Positions 35,489 to 43,399 of a stretch of 43,399 nt of DNA are shown here, in pieces. Every line of letters starts with the position of its first letter. Position 1 is the first letter of the stretch. The translations under genes were made by a program, and so were the position numbers. The notes beneath the pieces were generated by a model. The model ran no database searches. It was not told where the DNA came from and was given only the letters and a program-made list of their open reading frames with translations. The DNA is from Catajapyx aquilonaris (Eukaryota). The DNA is taken from the NCBI GenBank assembly GCA_000934665.2, contig KZ538870.1, positions 1-43,399 on the forward strand, given 5' to 3'.

Positions 35489-38213
35489 TAGACAGCAGCA
35501 AAATTTTCTATCCTAGTCATGCGCGTTTTAAAAACATGGGTCATTATGAAAGGCGTGCTATAACACATAGTTTGGATGATATATCCAAAATTTGGGATTC
35601 ATGCCTGTGTCTGGTTGGAAGCCATGGCATGCTTCGTTCATGTTTTTTATGATTATTTTGCTTCCTGATTGTTATTTACAATGTTATGTTGTATTACTGT
35701 CTAGTTGTTGATTTTAGAGATCAATGAAAACGAGGATGAAATTCCAAATGACGAAATTTTGGCTCGATTCCGGGTGGAACGTTCCCAAATGGGGTTTTCA
35801 AGCCTGGTAGCATGCCAACAAGATGGAAATATTTTTGTTGGTTCATTCACTACGTCAGCATGGTCACTAATTCTGATGCTGAATGTTATAATAATGCTAA
35901 TAATAAAGTAATAAAATATTGCAAGAGACTTTTCATAAGGAATATGATACCTAGTAGGCATTGTCCCAATATGTTGGTCGTTATTATATTATAGTTAAGC
36001 AACTCGATAAAATTGATTCTGGGTTATTTTACTCAAATAATTAGATGTGTGTGAGATGATTTTTTTTTTTGATCAAAATTCCCAGTTGTAGACATGGCCC
36101 AAGTGGTTTGAGTTGGTAATGCCAAGTTCACTCGTATAGTGACATTTAAAACGGGGGGTGGGAAAATCCTAATATTTTGCAGGACTTGCAAAACCAGAGC
36201 ATTTGTCAAAAGTTATCAAGTAATCTTCACATCTAAATCACGTCATAGTCTTAAGCTCTTTAATAATAAGGCTCATCCATGGGACTCGTAATGAACCACC
36301 CCACTCTTGACTGCCAAAGTGTAATTGCGAAATCTATATAGTGAAAAGCTTTGATGAGCCCTAGAGCGACCCAAGAGGTTTTCAGTAGTAAATGATCCAC
36401 TGTCGTTTTATTCACTCCTTATTCACATTTCCTTTCCCACTAGATTTAATCAGAACGTGACAGGTGACCGAGTGGAATCCGATGTCCTTGTCAGATGCAA
36501 GGACATAGCTCGAAGAAATGATTGTTAAAATATTCGTATATATCTGTTCCTGAATGAGACAGTCAAACGTTATATATGTTATTGCAAATCGCTATTGATG
36601 AATAGAGACATTGAATGATGTAAAAATTAAAAATCTAGCACCACAGGTAGATTTTGAGGCCAAAAGCAATTTTATAATCCAAGAGTCATTATTTTCATAA
36701 CTAGGCAGCATGGACTTTAAGCAGATTTAATGATAGAAGTAATGGTGATAATAAGAAGATATAGACTATTACTTTCACATGATCGCGAAATGCAAGTAAG
36801 TTATTGTTTTTGTGCACCAGAAAAGCATGTATTACACTGTTGTCATTTTATTTACAGTTACACGTTTAGTTTACGTTTAATTTCGCACTATATTCGTAAT
36901 CTGCATCCTGTTCCTATTAATTGACATATTATACCATAAGCTTGTGGAGGTAGATTCAATAAATAAATAAAATGAGATAATAATATATAATAATAATAAT
37001 AATATATAATATATAAATAATAAAAATACTGACATCTCTAGAATCGATTTTACATTTGAAGAACCAAGGGAAGAAAATTTCCGTCCACCCTGTAATGTCA
37101 GTTCTATCACGTAATTCCACAGGGGCAATTGGAGGAAAGAGCGGTGAACCAAACCCATATGAGCGGTTTTACCTACCTGTCTCAGACAGAGAGTTACTCA
37201 TTACTCATTGTTGTAGCGCGGTTAAACGCAACATGAACAGGTTTGTGGTTAAAGTAGCACATATTCTGAACAATATTTTTCAGTGTTTTAAATTGCACAA
37301 TTCGATAGTAATTACGCCAACTTTAATTATGGACATATAATTACGACTTCACCTCAAAAATGACGATATGTTTATTCATCCCAAATACCTGGTCGAGTTC
37401 ACTACGTGCGGTCCCTTTTCGTGATGGACAGGTTCCGCCCATATAGTCACAGGAGCTCAAAATATTTGCCGGAGACAATGTCGTTCTACACCAATTGCTC
37501 GCTATACTCTGTTAGCATTTATACTATGTTATTACACCATTTTTATAAGGTGTCTTACTTTTATTTCAGCATCGCTAAGGGCAAAATACTATGCTTTTTC
37601 AACATTTGATAATTATCAATTAATTTCTCCGAGTATTCGCGTTGTACAATATTCTATAAATTAGGAAACGATTGGTCCATCCCATCTCAGCAATACATTC
37701 AATTTTAATCTTGACGTAACATCAAGTCAATAAAAAATTCAATACGTTGCACTGTATTGGAAGGGCGGAAGCATGGAAGGGTAGTAAATGTCATTACTTC
37801 CGGCACGAATTGCAGAAGTGATTCCATTGGCTTCATTTACGCCTTGTTTACTACAAAAAATGTGCAGTCGAAAAAGTAGCTGCGACGCTTTGCTTTTCAG
37901 CTATTCGATGTGGAATGTACTCACAAGGCGTATTTTGGCCTTGTTGCTTCACGCCGCCATGGCTACCATACGTACAGTACTTCCCTTTGTAACTGACTGT
38001 AGCCGATGAAACCTGACACGTAGTCCCTCTGTATCAGTATTTACGTATTGTCCGATGGTACTGTAATTTTATTTGTAAATAGTTTAACACAAAAACGATC
38101 CACTCTAATCGTGCATGTTTTGAGCAGACAATTAAAAATTCGAAAAATTGGTATGAAGAACGCCGCAGACCAATGCAGACAGTAGAGTAAGTTTTTGGGA
38201 CAATATTCGGCAT

Positions 38214-38389
38214 AGGGTCAAATTAGTGTGGTAACGAAAGTTGTTATTTTCTACGCATAATTTATTTCCTGAATTATCTGACTCTGTGTATTAATACGCA
38301 ATGTCGCTAATTTTCACCAGAGAATGCAGGAAATAAATTGTGGTTGGAAAATAACAACTTTCGTTTCCGTATACAAAATCTGTGTCCCT
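38214..38389. mobile_element. Degenerate palindromic MITE
   Basis: aacgaaagttgttattttc..aatttatttcctg (38233-38271) pairs with caggaaataaatt..gaaaataacaactttcgtt (38327-38365). Weaker aggg / ccct outer ends. Confidence 0.65.
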
Positions 38390-38508
38390 TTAGCAAATAC
38401 CGGCAAATACTGACCCGTATACGGTTTATTAAAACGCTCGAAAAGGTGTCTTCTTCTGTAATTATTGAATTCCGTTCAATTTTGTCACTGCTTGTAGTAA
38501 TGAACTTA

Positions 38509-39225
38509 CAGGGTGGTTGTAAAGTAACTGCCTATTGGAAATGTGTAATAAAATTGTCAAATATTGCTCGATTTTCATGAAACAAGTTTTATTCTGTACC
38601 TTACAATGGGAGAATTTAAACTTCCGCCAGTATGCAACTCCACGGCCCCAGGTGGCAGCAGCAGTCCCGATACCAGTAAAAATGGCGCAGCTGGCGTCCC
38701 GTTTTGACGTCCGGGGTCGGTGGTTAAAGTGCAAAGATGGTGGCGATACATACACGGACCTCGTGCCACAGTTCACCCGAGGACCATAAAGAATTGCCAT
38801 TCGAAGCTGGTGAGCACGGGATCCGTGATGGACAGCCATAGGAGTGGTCGTCCGTCGACATCGAGGACAGAGGAAAACGTGGCACCGCGATGGTTCGCCC
38901 ATAGTGGCTTTATGGTCCTGGGGTGAACTGTGGCACGAGGTCCGTGTATGGATCGCCACCATCTCTACACTTTAACCACCGACCCCCGACCACCCGACTT
39001 CAAAACGGAACGCCAGCTGAGCTCTCTCACGAGCACTAAGTTTCTGCGCCATTTTTACTGGTATCGGGACTGCTGCTGCCACCTGGGGCCGTGGAGTTGC
39101 ATACTGGCGGGAGTTTAAATTCTCCCATTCTAAGGTACAGAATAAAACTTGTTTCATGAAAATCGAGCAATATTTGACAATTTTATTACACATTTCCAAT
39201 AGGCAGTTACTTTACAACCACCCTG
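38509..39225. mobile_element. Tc1/mariner foldback element (717 bp) whose two arms are both the 5' end of the parent transposon
   Basis: TA-CAGGGTGGTTGTAAAG...CTTTACAACCACCCTG-TA. Arms 38509-38790 and 38909-39225. Combined reading MAQKLSARERAQLA.RFEV..SVVKVQRWWR..TIKNCHSKLVSTGSVMDSHRSGRPSTSRTEENVA is a Tc1/mariner N-terminal HTH (TGSVxDxxRSGRP, DUF4817-like). Confidence 0.92.
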
Positions 39226-39573
39226 TATTACGGAAGATTTTAATTAATGTACTGTACTCATAGTGGATGCAAATGGCATATCATTTTATAATGTCAGCAA
39301 CTTTAGGCTTAGGGCCAACAAACTACAGTATACTGTACACATCACACACACGACTTCAATTGAAATGACTTAATTGAAAAAGGTAGCGCAAAAAGTATGG
39401 CAGTGGTATGATACAAGGCAATAAGCTACTATTACTAGGCGACAATAATAATGCGGATAGTGCCTGACTCTCCTCTGGGTATGCAGACCGAATCTTCATT
39501 ATTTCACTCTTGACATTTTAAGTAACACCCGAACCCACGAACAAGGTATAGTGGTAAGAGAGGGTCCAGGTGC

Positions 39574-39728
39574 AAAGGTGCGTTTACATGTGAGCGATTT
39601 GATGAGCGAAATCTTCGCGGAGGCTGATATTAACAATCGATTTTCGCCTCAAACAATATTGGTTACTTTCTTACTCAGCCTCGGCGAAGATTTCGCTCGT
39701 CAAATCGCTCACATGTAAACACAACTTT
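39574..39728. mobile_element. 'Family B' MITE, short form
   Basis: TIRs of about 54 bp (aaaggtgcgtttacatgtgagcgatttga.. / ..tcaaatcgctcacatgtaaacacaacttt). The core matches 31176-31210. Confidence 0.88.
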
Positions 39729-39730
39729 AA

Positions 39731-39785
39731 GCTTGGAGTCGAACCCGGGATCTTTCTCTCCATGGTTACCATGCTGCACTCCAAA
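39731..39785 (-). mobile_element. Possible degenerate SINE/tRNA head fragment
   Basis: Minus strand reads agtgcagcatggtaa...cccgggttcgactcc (A-box-like and B-box-like motifs). No body recognised. Confidence 0.3.
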
Positions 39786-42700
39786 TTCAGCGACACTAAT
39801 AATTTATTGTATACTTCAATCCATCTAAGTTCAATCCACCTAAGTACGAGGGGCTCGGTTTCAAATTATCGCTTTAATTTTTTATTTCTGAAACTTTGTT
39901 TTGGGTCATGTAGCTTTCCATATGCAATTAATTGAATTACTGGGCCTACGGGAACATATTATCCCCTAACGCAAAGCTATAAATTTCGTAATGGCGTAGT
40001 TGTAATTTAATAAACAATTTTAGACAGCCTACGTTTTGCACCAATGTGAATTATTCGTTGATTAAAATCCGGCGAGAGACCAGGAAAAAGTTATAAATTA
40101 TTGTTTTGATTAACCAGTTAGCAAGCCAGTTCTAACAACAAGAAACTGGTACTAGATGTATCATTCACTGTAACCCGCCCTGAACTGATCCTAGAAATTC
40201 GCAGTGATCGTGAGACCATCAGAAGCGTGTTCGCATTTAAGCCCAAGAGGGACAACCCTGAATGTCATCAGTGCCAGTCCTAACAGCGTGCAAAGAAGAA
40301 CGTCGGTGCGAAATGAAAACAGTCAGCAGGCATAGGAGCTGTGTGAATAAGGCGAATTCATCTCGAGTCGAGATCCTTGGCAAGTTTTGAAGTGGCAAGT
40401 CGACCCACCCAAACAATCCAAGACGTCAGAGCAAATGAATTTATGTAGCATAAAATAGTAAGCCGGGTCCGAAGAGGCTGCTCCTAGTGTAGCTTCCCCC
40501 CCCCCTTCCCAGTTTAAAATAAACCGAGCGCAATGATAAAGTGCACGGCCAGGGAGGGCGATAATTTTCGCCTTCTCTTATCTGCCTCCCCTTGCCAAGG
40601 GAGGAGGAAATGAAGGCGATTCTCCGGTCCAATATCTCCCTTTGAGCCATCTTGGAATGGAGGACCACACCCCGGGTCGGTATGCAGCTGCCAAAATCTT
40701 CTAATATCCCTGAGAAACTCCAGTACACGTCAGATAGGCTGCAGTCCTAGGGAAATGTTACTACTCCCACGATAAAGAGGCGCCGAGTTCCCCAAATCGG
40801 AGGCGTGACGCCTAGCTGACAACTGACGAAGGCAAACTTCTAGCAGGAACACTAATAACGTTTAAACTTGGCCCGTTTACAAGATCGATGTCAGTCCCAG
40901 TTCAAGATGGTCCTCAGGCACTTTTGGAGCGGAGGGTGCTGCCTGAAAGTCAAATGTGGAGAGGGAAAATGGCTCTTCAGAGACGTCTAGGTATTGATGG
41001 GGTGATTAGTCATAGGGGGGTGAAAGGTGGAGGGGTGAAAAAAATGGTTGTGCCTATGAACACAGGTCGTTTTTTTTCTTTCGATCAGACTAGTCTGTTT
41101 AAGTTCAGGTTATGTGGAATAATTCTGCGAAATCATGCGTGTCGAGGGAGTCAGAAGTTGTCCGTGGCGCATAGGTGGAAGGCATCGGAGGCTCATCGTA
41201 ATTTCCCTTCGCTTCCCTCCTGTATAATGGTGTTGACACAGGGCAAATCAGTGACGAGGCGTAATGATTCCGCAGAGAGACGCGTCTGCTGCAAAATCCT
41301 AGAAATGAATGTTTGCTCAACAGATGGGGGAAGTGGGTTAAGGGCTACACCGCTCCTCTTGAGGCCTTTGTTCCGAATGCGAGATAGAAATGCCGTGTGC
41401 GAAATGACATGGTAATTCTCTCCAGCGGTGGGAGTCTATTCCAGAAGAGAGGTGGACGTTACCGGAAAGTTTCATTGCCCTTAGGGAGGAGGGTTGAACA
41501 GAGAGGACACCCTCTTTTGCACCCAAGTTTACACTCGCAAATATATACAGGGGGAGACAAAAAGTTGGGTAAGAATCGTGTCGCAAGTTCCACAGCTTAT
41601 TGAGGCTGTCGTTTGAATATGAATATGAATCAGATTAATATCGGCGTTTTATTTCCAGGAAGGAAGGCTTTGAACTCAGCCAATCCATGCGGGCATTGAA
41701 ATTGTAATTCTGGTTGGCATTGGACACTCCATATTCCCCACTTGAACCCTTTCTGCCAAGTCAGGCCAGGCCGTAAGCTAAAATTTCACCGCAGTTGAGA
41801 GGACTCGACAACAAAAGCAATTTGCGCGCAATTCCGCTTCTGGATGAAAACTACAAAGTAGCTTAATCAAGGGGCGCTAGGGATAAAACTTTTTTCCCCC
41901 CCTCTTTCTTAGGAAATCGTAACTATATTTGCCAAGGGGAAAAAGGGAAACGTGACGGTCACACGGCTTCACTATGGCGGGGGCTATAATCATTAGCGAA
42001 CAAAGTCTTGCCTCCGCACTGCAAATAATGACAAGTTAATCTCCAAGAACTAATAAACTGGAGAGGATTATTGACCATAACTCCTTGTTATTTTCGAATG
42101 AGGTATTATTATTAATTGTCGTTAATTACCAGTCGAAGGTTCCGGTCCGGGCCAGTATGGCGCATTACATTATGCGCAAAATTGTTCCCGTGATTTAGAT
42201 TTATAGCACAACGAAATGTTTTTTTTTGTTTTTTTGCTGTTAATCATTTAGTCACGTGATCGCCTCCTCGTTACAGTTGGTTCTAAACAAGACCTACAAC
42301 ATACAAAATTATTACAGAAGACCTAATTAGCTATCCAGTGCCACGGTGCAACGGAATTTTTGCCCGTAAAGGAATATAGGGCAACACTTTTTCATTATTA
42401 TAATAAGCATGTCGAAAATTGCATTTAAATGATTCTAAGTGCTGCCTTGGATCATAAACTCAAAAACAGAATAACCCCTTTGAAAATATTGTACATATCA
42501 GCACTGGCATTATTTTTCCGCTGTATTTTTCAAACTTTTTATTCTGACGCATAATATGTATAGAGATGAATACTGTAGTAGTTTTCAAACTTTTTTCCGC
42601 CACCTTTCTGAAATAATTTTGTAGCTTTCCTGATACCCACATTTGATGCTGGCAACAAGCTATACAATATGAACATGCTGAAAGCCTACCAGAGTAATTT

Positions 42701-43305
42701 TATTCAACTAAAGCTAAAAATACAGGATAATCCCATTACTGACATATGCGTGGAAGGGTGGTGTTAATATGTTAATACGGCACTGTAGCAGCTCTATGCA
42801 GGACATTTACGTACAATTTATACAAATTGCACGGTAATATGACAAGATTTAACTGCATGTTTTCTGCGATCTTGTCACTGTTAGACTATACGTAACAGAT
42901 GGCTTTGATTTTATTATCATTTTTTTTGAACTGTGGCACATATAATTATGTGATGTTCATAGTATCTACTGGGAATATGTTAAGGTTAAGCTATCGCACA
43001 AAATGCATATAACTTACCAATTTTATATGAATGTTCAATTACGCATCCATTGAGGTATGTTCTGAATGTGAGGTGTACAATGGCATTGTCGACGTAGCTT
43101 TCTCTCAACATGCATTTCTTCAGTGCTATCATTTTCCCGATTGCTGTTCCCCCCACTGCCACTCGACCTGAGGTCGAACCCTCACATGGCCGTTACATGC
43201 CTCACATGGCATTTATCATGAATACTGTAGCAGGGGAGTATTTTAATAATAATATACTTATCACCATTCCAACAACAAATTTCAGTTTTGATATTTATTA
43301 AGAAA

Positions 43306-43399
43306 CTAGCAGCGGTACCCGTTCTTCGCACGGGGAAAAAAGAGCGTGGATAATTACACCGAAATTTCTTAGATCTCAGGCATTATTAAATGCAAAACT
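43306..43399 (-). mobile_element. Helitron-like 3' terminus
   Basis: Minus strand: hairpin CCCGT-GCGAAGA-ACGGG, 8 nt, then CTAG followed by T. This is the canonical Helitron 3' end arrangement. The 5' extent is unknown. Confidence 0.6.

Noticed and set aside
40888..41415. 175-aa ORF, the longest non-TE ORF
   Set aside because: No recognisable motif or supporting exon structure; compatible with chance in GC-richer noncoding DNA.

Overview
Repeat-rich eukaryotic DNA, most likely arthropod intronic or intergenic sequence (inferred from the transposon and SINE types). It comes from a gapped assembly, with an N run at 32291-32535. I found no intact protein-coding gene, rRNA or tRNA gene, or CRISPR array. 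The only recognisable protein sequences are transposase remnants: an internally deleted, frameshifted Chapaev3-like DNA transposon with both TIRs and a TTA TSD (27238-28425), a mariner 5' fragment (5041-5303), and a Tc1/mariner foldback whose two arms are both the 5' end of the transposase gene (38509-39225). There are two copies of a tRNA-derived SINE with TSDs, a Helitron-like 3' end, and about 14 long inverted-repeat or palindromic elements. Two signals stand out. The first is a 1.1-kb four-layer nested palindrome (30177-31275) in which two layers sit exactly at the symmetry centre of their host palindrome. The second is repeated GTAC(A/T)GTAC 9-mers, which match the excision scar expected from the CAG...CTG-ended MITE found at a G-TA-C site in this window. 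Element names A-D are my own labels, and all alignments were done by eye.
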